DNA of 64,000 bases from Gammaproteobacteria bacterium (lineage in GTDB: Bacteria > Pseudomonadota > Gammaproteobacteria > HK1): the NCBI GenBank assembly GCA_049282355.1, contig JBAPTW010000152.1:1224-65223 (forward strand), given 5' to 3'. Below the pieces are notes generated by a model. The model saw nothing but the letters and a program-made list of their open reading frames with translations, had not been told where the DNA came from and made no database searches. Shown here one piece after another: positions 38,990-47,947 of the stretch (position 1 is the first letter of the stretch; each line of letters begins with the position of its first letter). The position numbers and the translations under genes were made by a program.

Positions 38990-40171
38990 ATGGCCGAAAT
39001 CTTCCATGCCTTAGCCCTGAACCTGCATCAACCCGAAAACAATCTAGCCACACTTTGGGCACAAAACCAAGCGGAAGCCCTGGAAATCTTACGCGCCCTC
39101 GATCGGCTCTCGAAGGTGCTCGCATCCCATGACGATCGCGCACAAGTTCATCTCGCCATCTCCGGCACGCTGTTAAACTCGTTGGCCAGTGCCGACTTCC
39201 AGGAGCTTGTCTCTGAGTATCTCGACTGTCACGGGTTCCTGCGGGCAATCCAAAACCGGCGGATTTTCGAGATCCTCGGTACCGCCTATTATCACCCCGT
39301 GCTTCCCATCATTCCGCCCATTGATTGGGATGAGCACCTTACCCGCTGGGTTAATCTCGCACGCTACCTATTTGGCCGCACGCGCTTTGAAGGATTTTGG
39401 CCACCGGAGATGGGTTTCTGCATGGAGCTCATTCCACATTTGAAGCGCCTAGGCTATCGCTACGCGCTAGTGGACAGCGAGCACGTCGAGCCACTGACGC
39501 CGATGAACCGAGCAGAGCTACGCTACCTTCCCCACATCGCCGAGTTTGGCGGCGATGAGATGGTGGTCATTGTGCGTGACCGAGAGCTTTCCAACGCCAT
39601 CTTAGCAGACATGAGCTGTGATCAGTTCCAAGAGACGGTCCGCAAACAGACGAGCGAATGCTCAGCACCGGCAATGGTAACGCTGTGCGCCAACGGCGAT
39701 AACGGTGAGCGGTTTCGAAGCGCCGATCCGCAGGTAAATTTCTGGAGCAGCTTTTACCTGCCACTGTTGGAAAGTAGCGACACCCGCTCTCCCCTGCGGG
39801 CAGTTTTTGTTCACGACTACCTGAATCGCTATGGTACTTACGGCCGCGTAAAGGTCGGACCCGGCGCCTGGAATACGCCCTGGCACGACGGCAAAGATTT
39901 CGTGCAGTGGACGGGATCGGCGGCACAGCGAGAGGCATTAACTCGCTTGGATCAGGTCAGCCAGGCATTCCACACCGCAAGGGCAAACGTGATCGGCATA
40001 AGGGCAGAGAGCGACGAGATTCGCCACCAGCTTGAGGAGGCCCTCCGGCGAATTTTGAGAGCAGAGACAAGCTGTCATTTTTTCTGGGGCGAAGCTTGGG
40101 TCCCGCGCTGCCACCGCGATCTGGATGAGGCCTGTGCCTGCTTGGAACGCGCTTGGAACGCGCTCCGCTGA
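38990..40171 (+). CDS. GH57 family glycoside hydrolase
   Basis: LNLHQP, GTAYYHPVLPII, FWPPEMG (nucleophile Glu region) and CANGDNGERF motifs, in the order typical of GH57. Confidence 0.8.
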   Translation: MAEIFHALALNLHQPENNLATLWAQNQAEALEILRALDRLSKVLASHDDRAQVHLAISGTLLNSLASADFQELVSEYLDCHGFLRAIQNRRIFEILGTAYYHPVLPIIPPIDWDEHLTRWVNLARYLFGRTRFEGFWPPEMGFCMELIPHLKRLGYRYALVDSEHVEPLTPMNRAELRYLPHIAEFGGDEMVVIVRDRELSNAILADMSCDQFQETVRKQTSECSAPAMVTLCANGDNGERFRSADPQVNFWSSFYLPLLESSDTRSPLRAVFVHDYLNRYGTYGRVKVGPGAWNTPWHDGKDFVQWTGSAAQREALTRLDQVSQAFHTARANVIGIRAESDEIRHQLEEALRRILRAETSCHFFWGEAWVPRCHRDLDEACACLERAWNALR

Positions 40172-40194
40172 TATTTGCAAGTAAGTGACACTTA

Positions 40195-40337
40195 GAAGCT
40201 GTTTTAAAAATGTCGCGAGCGTCGACAGAGCAAGGCGCACGGCGGCGAGAAACCGGAGTGTACAAGGGAGTACATGAGGATTTTGAGCCGCCGCGCAACG
40301 CCGCTATGGCAAGCGCAGTAATTTTTAAAACAGCTTC
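40195..40337. mobile_element. Complete MITE-like element (143 bp), reference copy
   Basis: Perfect 16-bp termini GAAGCTGTTTTAAAAA / TTTTTAAAACAGCTTC. TTA lies on both flanks (40192-40194 and 40338-40340). The right TTA is the stop codon of the debranching enzyme gene. The element sits between convergent genes. Confidence 0.85.
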
Positions 40338-42248
40338 TTAACCCTGCCACAGCGCACAACTGAGTGGCGGAAGCTCGAGCCGACCACCCGTGCAAGGGAG
40401 TCGGGCACTGGTCAGTCCTCCGGGCTCGAAGCGCTCATGGTCGGCAAGTTGCCGCCACTGAGTCACATCGATATCTTCCAACGAGAGATGGACCGTCTCA
40501 TGGTGCGGATTAATGGCGAACAACAGCCGGTGCTGTCCCTTGCTGTAATCAGCATTGAACAAGACAGCCATGGCTGAACCCTGGGCGGCACCAAAGTAGC
40601 GGAAATAGTCATCCGAGGGGGGAGAATCCAGGCGAAACAGCCTGCCACTTTCCGATAGGCGGAATCGTATCCAGCGTCGAAAGTACTCGTGCGAGCCGGA
40701 GAATACGAGTAACCGATGATAATCGATGGCGTTCTCCTCCGGCGCGCGATAGCTGTTGTTTATGCCTCGCTTCGTACGCAGAGTATCTTGCCCGGCGGAC
40801 AACATGGGTATACCTAACGAGCACATCAAGACCGCCAACATGAGGTGAGTACGCCGCCGATCGTTCGCAGTGGGGTGGTCGCCCCGATGATGAGGGTTTT
40901 CCGTGATCTTGTCGATCCAGCAGAGATCGTCGTGGGATTCCACGTAATTGACGCTCTGTGCCGGCCAGGCGCTCAAGTGCGCGAGGCTTCCGGCCATGAA
41001 ATAGCGCAGTCCTGCCTGATTCCCCTGTCCCATGATGTAGTCGCGCAAAAACTCGCGATAGCCGTCGTTCCAGGAAGCGAAACCGCTCGATTTCAATGCC
41101 AAGGCAATATGACCCCTGAAGCTCCATGGCTCAGCGATGAGGATGACTGAGGGTTTGACACTCTTGAGCGCGGCCTCGATTTCCTTGAGCACCTTGACGC
41201 CGATTAGCTCGGCCAGATCGAAGCGAAATCCATCGATGTCGTAGGTCTCAATGAAATGAATGAGGCTGTCTATGATGAGCCGACGCCCCATTGGGGTATC
41301 ACAGCGCAAATCATTGCCACAACCGCTCCAGTTGCTAAGGTTCCCGCTCTTATCGAGTTGGAAGTAATAATGCTTATCGATGAACAAGAGGTGGTTTGGG
41401 TCACCGCTGTGGTTGTAAACTACATCCATGATGACCGCTATTCCTTGGTGATGAAAAGCGGCCACTAAGGCTCGGAATTCCTCCACCTGTGAGCCAAGCT
41501 CCGGTACCATTGCATAGCTGCTTTCCGGAGAAAAAAAGTTCACAGACATGTAGCCCCAGTGATAGTCATCCCGGGAATCGCAGCCTCCGAACTGCTGGAC
41601 CGGCAGCAACTCAACGGCGTTTACACCGAGGCTGCGCAGATAGGAACCCTGCGCCTCTACCCATCGCTGCAATCCGGTGAAACCGAGGCGCTCCTCGTCC
41701 TCCAAGGGTACGGGCGCATAGCGGATGAGATCGCGAACGTGCGCTTCTAGCACCACAAGATCGTGCCAGCAGGGCGGTTGGAACGACGGTTCGTCACGCT
41801 TCAGGCGCCGCCGATCCCAGATGATGCCTGGGCCACCCGGTCCCACGGTTGCCACAGCATAGGGATCGAGTATCCGGAACTCACCGTCAAAATGGCTAAA
41901 GGCATCCTGATCCAATGAATCCAAACGATAGTAGTAATACCAACCATGGAGGTTGGCGGGATAGCTTGCCTCCCAAACTCCGCTGTCGAGTCGGCTAAGC
42001 CGCTGTACCTTGGGCTCCGGACTATCCAAGTGTCTGAAAAAAAATACTCTGACGACCGCCGCCCGCGGTGCAAAGAGACGAAACACGGTGGTGTCTCCCC
42101 TCACGGAGGCACCAAGCCAACGATCGCTTCCTAGCCTTAATAGCGCCCCGCTCTCATCGAGCAGTTCTGCCTGCTCAACAAGCTCGGACAGCGATATTTT
42201 CTTGTCCACCTTAGCTCGCTGGCGTTCGTCCATCGACACCTTAGCCAT
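40338..42248 (-). CDS. Pullulanase-type GH13 debranching enzyme with N-terminal CBM48
   Basis: DVVYNHSG, GFRFDLAELIG, LIAEPWS, VNYVESHDD. The ATG at 42248 (MAKVSMDERQ) has AGGAGG 9 nt upstream. The ORF track's longer start at 42269 is GTG. Confidence 0.85.
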   Translation of the reverse strand: MAKVSMDERQRAKVDKKISLSELVEQAELLDESGALLRLGSDRWLGASVRGDTTVFRLFAPRAAVVRVFFFRHLDSPEPKVQRLSRLDSGVWEASYPANLHGWYYYYRLDSLDQDAFSHFDGEFRILDPYAVATVGPGGPGIIWDRRRLKRDEPSFQPPCWHDLVVLEAHVRDLIRYAPVPLEDEERLGFTGLQRWVEAQGSYLRSLGVNAVELLPVQQFGGCDSRDDYHWGYMSVNFFSPESSYAMVPELGSQVEEFRALVAAFHHQGIAVIMDVVYNHSGDPNHLLFIDKHYYFQLDKSGNLSNWSGCGNDLRCDTPMGRRLIIDSLIHFIETYDIDGFRFDLAELIGVKVLKEIEAALKSVKPSVILIAEPWSFRGHIALALKSSGFASWNDGYREFLRDYIMGQGNQAGLRYFMAGSLAHLSAWPAQSVNYVESHDDLCWIDKITENPHHRGDHPTANDRRRTHLMLAVLMCSLGIPMLSAGQDTLRTKRGINNSYRAPEENAIDYHRLLVFSGSHEYFRRWIRFRLSESGRLFRLDSPPSDDYFRYFGAAQGSAMAVLFNADYSKGQHRLLFAINPHHETVHLSLEDIDVTQWRQLADHERFEPGGLTSARLPCTGGRLELPPLSCALWQG

Positions 42249-42290
42249 TCGCGCTAACCTCCTGTCCACCTGCCTAAATGCATCCGTTGA

Positions 42291-43130
42291 TCAGCCAGCA
42301 GTCGAGACATCCATCAGGCCGAGCACTTCACCCGGAGGCACCTCGAACAAACGCCCGGCATGACTTAACCAAACGGATCGATGGGCATCGTTTCGTACCT
42401 GCCCGGTACCCGACAAGCCCATGAGCGCCCTAGCCGCCGTCAAATAATCCAAGACATCGAGAGTCGTGGCATAATAAACATCCGGGTTCCCATGCAGCAA
42501 ACGGCAGAACGCCTCCAAATAATCCCAATCTTTAAGTCGATCGGCACTCAGAAAACCATCAAACTCAAAGCTGTGTCCCCAGACATAGAGCAACGCCATC
42601 TCCCCGGCGTCATACCTCAGGAACCGTTCTCCCAGTTCCAAAGCTTGGTTGTGATGACAAGAGGTAGTTAGTGTCAGTGGCCGCTCTGGAAGCCCGAACC
42701 ATCCCGTGGTGTGAGTCGTTCGGCCATAAGCAAGGTCGAGCGCTGACAAGCGACCCATGACGCGCTCGTCGTAATCTCCAAATGGGTAGGCGAAACCGCG
42801 CACGGGAGCGCCTACCAGGTCCTCAAGAGCCTTCTGATCGTCAACAACTTCTCGGTCGATTCCCTCATTTGAGAGGGTGGTCAGATCAAGATGATTCGCC
42901 CCGTGGGCCGCCACCTCGTGGCCTTGATAAAGTGCTTGAACCTCGCCCCTCGCGATATGGTGAGGTATCCCGAGTCTTCCTGAATTGAGATGAAAGGTTG
43001 CCCGAAGACCATACTCATTGAGCATCGCCACCAGCCGGCGATCGTGCTCGCTCCCGTCGTCGTAGCTCATGATCAGGGCTTTTCGCTTTCCTTTCGGAAA
43101 GCGCACAACGAAATTGGCTTCTGTCTTCAT
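42291..43130 (-). CDS. CE4 polysaccharide deacetylase family protein
   Basis: NodB motifs MSYDDGSEHD and HEVAAHGANH, so the metal ligands are retained. Confidence 0.8.
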   Translation of the reverse strand: MKTEANFVVRFPKGKRKALIMSYDDGSEHDRRLVAMLNEYGLRATFHLNSGRLGIPHHIARGEVQALYQGHEVAAHGANHLDLTTLSNEGIDREVVDDQKALEDLVGAPVRGFAYPFGDYDERVMGRLSALDLAYGRTTHTTGWFGLPERPLTLTTSCHHNQALELGERFLRYDAGEMALLYVWGHSFEFDGFLSADRLKDWDYLEAFCRLLHGNPDVYYATTLDVLDYLTAARALMGLSGTGQVRNDAHRSVWLSHAGRLFEVPPGEVLGLMDVSTAG

Positions 43131-43217
43131 CGGACTACAGAACTCCCCATCAGTCCGTTACGAATCACCCTCGCAGCAATGGGCATAACCGTCCGAGCGG
43201 CCATCGCTGAATAGCGC

Positions 43218-44261
43218 TTAACCAGACCGCAGAGACAGGGCACAGGCATCTCTTAGCAACACGCCATTGTCGAGCAATCTGTCGAGCCAATAATTCATAC
43301 GCTCCGCAAAATATTTATCCTCCCAATGGCTGAACAGGTGGGCATGCTCTCCAAGCGGTGACCGCCCCTCCTGGGGATGGATCTCAAGCAGGCACGAAAG
43401 GTGGTCAGCAGTCAGCTCCGTCATGGCCGCCCGCATCAGGGCACGCAGTCCCGAAATCCCGAAGATTCCAGCGAGGAGCTGCCGATCTTGATAGGGAAAC
43501 GGAATACGAATGTGTTGAAGAAAGCTCAAGTGGTCTGAAACGCCAAATGCACTTAAGGTCGATAACGGATGGCCGTCGTGCAAGTGCAAATGCAGAGGCT
43601 TGCGCAGCCGGGCCAGGCGCTGCACCAGCTCAACGACTGCCGCCTTTGCCGAGGCTACCGCCGCCTGCACCGCTGCGATGCGATCCATGAGCTCTGGACT
43701 ATCGGGACGCAAGGCGCAAACGTCATCGCCCTGCTGCTGTGCTGCATACGTTTGCCGGCAACAATGGATGGCAACGTGGGATACATCAATGGCGGCACAG
43801 ACGTGCTCTAGCGCGGCGGTTTGCTCAAAGAGTGTGGCAAAAAACTCCAGTGGGAGCCCCGCGGCATACTCCACAAACAACAACGGCGCCTTCGTGATCC
43901 CTTGAAGCCGTCGCTCCACCTCCTCGAAAGCCAATACCGTTGCCTGTGGCTGGGTCTCAAAGACTTTCTGATCGTGCACCAAGATGCCATAGAGCTCTCC
44001 GGCAGCGCAGATCGCATAGTCACAAATAACGCTTTGGCCGGCGTCGCTCAAGAGATCGACGTCACGCGGCAGATGGGCCGTAGAGGCTTGCCCATCTGGC
44101 CTGTAGGCCATCAGCATCGCCAAGTGTTCCGGGCTGTCCGGGTAGAGCTCGCCTCCCAAGCCTGCTTCAGCAAGGCGCGCCTGTGCCAACCGCAGCAACG
44201 CCTCGTCACCACAAATCGGCGGTTGAATCGAAAGCATGGCAAGGAGCTTGGGAGAATTCAT
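43218..44261 (-). CDS. Hypothetical protein with xylose-isomerase-like TIM-barrel (AP endonuclease 2 superfamily) ligand pattern
   Basis: The ordered motifs LFVEY, IDVSHV, HLHLHDGHP and LLEIHP match the E / D..H / HxH.D / E metal-ligand spacing of that fold. No closer family recognised. Confidence 0.5.
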   Translation of the reverse strand: MNSPKLLAMLSIQPPICGDEALLRLAQARLAEAGLGGELYPDSPEHLAMLMAYRPDGQASTAHLPRDVDLLSDAGQSVICDYAICAAGELYGILVHDQKVFETQPQATVLAFEEVERRLQGITKAPLLFVEYAAGLPLEFFATLFEQTAALEHVCAAIDVSHVAIHCCRQTYAAQQQGDDVCALRPDSPELMDRIAAVQAAVASAKAAVVELVQRLARLRKPLHLHLHDGHPLSTLSAFGVSDHLSFLQHIRIPFPYQDRQLLAGIFGISGLRALMRAAMTELTADHLSCLLEIHPQEGRSPLGEHAHLFSHWEDKYFAERMNYWLDRLLDNGVLLRDACALSLRSG

Positions 44262-44309
44262 GGAAAATGCCTGGGACGATTAGGGATCATCTACAGCGGG
44301 TACCTTTTT

Positions 44310-47300
44310 CTACGAAAGGCCCTGCTGAGGACGGCTCTGAACCAGGTAGACTGTGTTGTTCGCAATAACCCCCTCAACGTCCTGGGGCGAGCCAAAGCGG
44401 GCTTCCAGAAATGCGGCGATGTCAATAAGGCGAGCGCCGAGCTGCTCGGCGTTTGCCGCATCGACTGACCACGGTACCAAAGTGTAATCGATTCGCTCCG
44501 TCGTCGGTATCTGAGGGCCCGGACGCAAAGCGAAGCTGAAACTGGCGAGTCGCGTAAGCCGCGCCTGCCCCTTCTTGCGATCGCAAAGCAAACGATAAGG
44601 ACTCCCCGACTGCACCGCCGACGCCAGTGTCTCGCCGAGCCCAACCGCCAACTCCACAGCAGCTTGCTCGCGACTGCCGGTAATGGGATCGGCGGTGTGC
44701 ATGATGAAGGACAGCTCCGGGTGCACCATCTCTTGAACCAACACCGCCATACGCACCTGTTCGTGGGCAATGCCGCAGGCCATGCGGCTTAACGCCGCGC
44801 GCCACGTCCATAATGATGCCCAGACCGACCGCACCGCTTCGGCAAGCCCTTCCCGGCTAACGCCGATCACTGAGTCGTAAAGCCCCGCACCGGCAAAATC
44901 CTTTAGATCCTCGCCGTTGGCGCTAGAGCGCACCGCCAGCCGCCGATCTTGGGCAAAAAGCTCTCCGAGCTCAGAGAACAGATGATCCGGTATCGGTACC
45001 GTTCTCAGCAGTGCCCGTAATTCCCCGAGACGTTGTTCTTGCTCTTCGGACGAAGCCCTTTCCAAGGCCTGCTGAAGCCGCTGATATCGCGCCTCCAATG
45101 CAGGATTCAAGGACAAGCAACCCTCCATCACGCCAAAGGGCAGTACCCGCCCGCTGGGCGCCCGAAACAAGCCGCTTTCTTCGGCCAGGGCCAGTAACCG
45201 GCCCGCGGCGGCGGCCTTTGCGCCACAAGTCGAGGTTTCGGCGACCGGCAAAGGAAGCGACTGAAGCTCGGTGGCGAGAGTGGTCGCCAGTAGCGCAGGC
45301 GGAGCGACGGGCAACCGCTCGGCCGGGTGGGAATTATCCTCGGCTCGCTCTAACAAGAGTTGCTCGGCCGCGACGCTAAGCTTCACCCAACTGTTGACCA
45401 GCGTCTGGAATTGCTCCAGCTGATCGCGCGCATCGGCAGTTACAAAGGGCACGCGGGCCTGACGTGCGCGCACACCCAAATGGGAAAGATGGGGAATGGG
45501 ATGGGCAAGCAAAATACCCCTCACATGGCGCGGGATTTCCTCGTCTCCGTCCGCACGCCCCAGCAGTACGATCAGTGGCGCGGACGGTGAAGCCAAGGCT
45601 GCCAGCTCATCCGTGCGCACCAGCCGCCCGTAAGCCTCCCCGGCAACCAGCGTCTCCCACGGCGGTAGACCAAGGGCCGTTCGTAGCGCCGTCCGCGCCA
45701 TGTCCACGAGCTTGGAGAGCTGAAATACAATGTTGCCGCGAATATCCCCTTCGCAAAATACCTCGATGGCGTGTTGGGGAACCCCCAGCGCCGTGCCAAG
45801 TAAGCTCACCCGATCGGCAAACAACCCAACCACTTTGTCGCTGTAGCCCTCTCCTAAGCGCTGCGCCCGTTCCAAGGTCGCCAATAGCCGCCGAAGCTGA
45901 AAATCACTGCTCGGATCGAAGGCCTCTGACCACCGCGCCAGTTCCGACTCGATGACGGCACACTCCTGCGCTTCTATCTGGCTCAATCGAACATTGGCGA
46001 CGAGATAACGCAGAGCACTGAGCACATCTTGCCAATAATCGGTTATCGCGAGCGGCTCCAGCTCATTGGCGAGCTCACTGGTTAACACAAAGGCGTAATC
46101 TTCAAGACCAATGTCGGCGAGATGCAGGCGCTGCCTTGCGACACCCGTCACCGCATCCCGGTACTTAACCAGAGCTTGGCGCAGCTCAGTGAGCATCCCT
46201 AAGAGTACCCCACAATCCTCCAGGTTTCGTCCCGCAGCCGCTTTCCGATCGAGAAACGCACGGGCACGCTCGGCATCAGCCGTGCTGAGCGACGGTTGCA
46301 GCTCGAGCACCCGCTGTTCCATGCCGGTGGCGTTGAAAAACTCGCTGAGCTCTTGGTGAAAGATCTCGAACTGATTGACGAAATCAGGCGAGTAATCGCT
46401 GCCGGGCAGGGTGATCCTTGCCAGAATTTCCTCCGAAGTCTTGAGGTCCTCGGGGCCTGCGCAGCGATGCAGCTTGTTTTGCAAGCGGTGCTTGATCTCG
46501 TGCTTTAGCTCCTTCGGGATATCATTGCGGTGGGCGATGTCGCGGATACGAGTCAGCGGTTCGCGCCGGAAAAATTGATCGCTATGAGAGGGCAGCCAAG
46601 GCAGAATTTTACGCACAATCCAGGCATTATCCTGGGACTCCAGAGCGTCCAGCGCCTTTTCGATGGCGAGCGCCGCGCGGGCATGGTGATTGGGACGAAA
46701 GTGTCGCCCATCCTCCGCACAGGAAACCTCCGCGGTTCCCAGGAAGCGCAGATACGCCGCGATGGTGGCAAGCTCGCCTAAGGAAAGCGGCGAGTCTTCT
46801 CGTGTCAGGCGCTCGCCCACCCAAACCAGCCGCTCCCGCCAACTGGCGTGTCTCCGGTGAGCCGCGACTAACTCGGCGATGAACGGATCGCTGATGGCCT
46901 CGGGGTCGAGCGTGGTGCGGCTCGCAACCGCTTCCTCGGTACCGCCAGCCGGTTGCTCGGGCGGCGAAACCGGCTTTTCTCCAGTCACTGGTCGACGTTT
47001 TTCGGGGCGCCGTTTCTCACCGGCCCGCCCGAGCAGCGGGCGCAGCCGCTGCTCCGCTTGCAACAACAAATCGCGAGGCTCCGGCCACTGCTCAAGAATG
47101 AGAGCCCCGCTGAAGCGCCGCCTGCGCAAACGTTTGATGAATGCGCGGATCCCGCCATCGTTGTCGCCCGCCGGACCGCTGAAAACAGTCAGGTGACTAT
47201 CGGCATCGCCATAGTTCTCATGCACGTGGGCGTGAATGATCGGCACTTCGGGAGCCAGTTCATCGATATAGCGGATATAGTCGTTGCGTGTTGGCGCACA

Positions 47301-47840
47301 AAGGTTCGCATGGCCTAGATCCAGGCAAAATCCCACGTGCGCCGCACCACCATTGAGATGGCGCAGTGCGGCAAACGTTCGGTTGATGTCGTCAGGAGTG
47401 GTGTGCGGTGTGTTCTCGATACTGATGCTCACACCAAGCGCGGCAGTGCGGCGAATGACCGGTTGCAATGCGTGCACATAGCCTTGTGCTCCCTCGTCCA
47501 TGTACAGATGCAGATTAACGATATCAGCGCCGATAGAACGGGCGAATTCGAGGCTTTCCAGCAGTAGATTATTCCCGTCTGGCCAGAGCGGATTGGCTTG
47601 CCAGGGGGCGTGGACGCTGTAACGGATGTCCCGCGCTTCACCGAGTTGCCGGATCTCGTCGCGCATCGGGTCATCCATATCGCCGCTATCCCAGCCCGAA
47701 ACACTGCCGTCCTCATAGACTTTCTTATCCACGAACCACTCAAATGCATCGAACCCATGAGCGAGCGCGAATTCGAAGGGTTCCAGTGGGGTCGTGGCAG
47801 AAAAGGCTGTTTGGTTACCAATGCGAATGCGCCGAGTCAT
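44310..47840 (-). CDS. Phosphoglucan water dikinase (PWD/GWD3)-like protein with N-terminal xylose-isomerase-like TIM barrel
   Basis: N-terminus (about nt 47025-47840): HAPW, VNLHLY, ISIENT, CLDLGHAN, HAHVHEN, ILEQW. Centre: RIRDIAHRNDIPKELKHEIKHRLQNKLHRCAGPEDL. Phospho-His motif PHLSHLGVRARQARVPFVT (His codon 45480-45482). C-terminal nucleotide-binding domain: CGAKAAAAGRL...SSANGEDLKDFAGAGLYDS...VLVQEMV. Confidence 0.8.
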   Translation of the reverse strand: MTRRIRIGNQTAFSATTPLEPFEFALAHGFDAFEWFVDKKVYEDGSVSGWDSGDMDDPMRDEIRQLGEARDIRYSVHAPWQANPLWPDGNNLLLESLEFARSIGADIVNLHLYMDEGAQGYVHALQPVIRRTAALGVSISIENTPHTTPDDINRTFAALRHLNGGAAHVGFCLDLGHANLCAPTRNDYIRYIDELAPEVPIIHAHVHENYGDADSHLTVFSGPAGDNDGGIRAFIKRLRRRRFSGALILEQWPEPRDLLLQAEQRLRPLLGRAGEKRRPEKRRPVTGEKPVSPPEQPAGGTEEAVASRTTLDPEAISDPFIAELVAAHRRHASWRERLVWVGERLTREDSPLSLGELATIAAYLRFLGTAEVSCAEDGRHFRPNHHARAALAIEKALDALESQDNAWIVRKILPWLPSHSDQFFRREPLTRIRDIAHRNDIPKELKHEIKHRLQNKLHRCAGPEDLKTSEEILARITLPGSDYSPDFVNQFEIFHQELSEFFNATGMEQRVLELQPSLSTADAERARAFLDRKAAAGRNLEDCGVLLGMLTELRQALVKYRDAVTGVARQRLHLADIGLEDYAFVLTSELANELEPLAITDYWQDVLSALRYLVANVRLSQIEAQECAVIESELARWSEAFDPSSDFQLRRLLATLERAQRLGEGYSDKVVGLFADRVSLLGTALGVPQHAIEVFCEGDIRGNIVFQLSKLVDMARTALRTALGLPPWETLVAGEAYGRLVRTDELAALASPSAPLIVLLGRADGDEEIPRHVRGILLAHPIPHLSHLGVRARQARVPFVTADARDQLEQFQTLVNSWVKLSVAAEQLLLERAEDNSHPAERLPVAPPALLATTLATELQSLPLPVAETSTCGAKAAAAGRLLALAEESGLFRAPSGRVLPFGVMEGCLSLNPALEARYQRLQQALERASSEEQEQRLGELRALLRTVPIPDHLFSELGELFAQDRRLAVRSSANGEDLKDFAGAGLYDSVIGVSREGLAEAVRSVWASLWTWRAALSRMACGIAHEQVRMAVLVQEMVHPELSFIMHTADPITGSREQAAVELAVGLGETLASAVQSGSPYRLLCDRKKGQARLTRLASFSFALRPGPQIPTTERIDYTLVPWSVDAANAEQLGARLIDIAAFLEARFGSPQDVEGVIANNTVYLVQSRPQQGLS

Positions 47841-47947
47841 AGGAGCTATCCAAGCTATGCGGGAGTGACAAATGTTGCCGGCGATTGTACCTCCAACCCA
47901 CCGCGGCCACGACCATCCGCCGGCAGCTTCCCGTTACCCAAGGGTCC

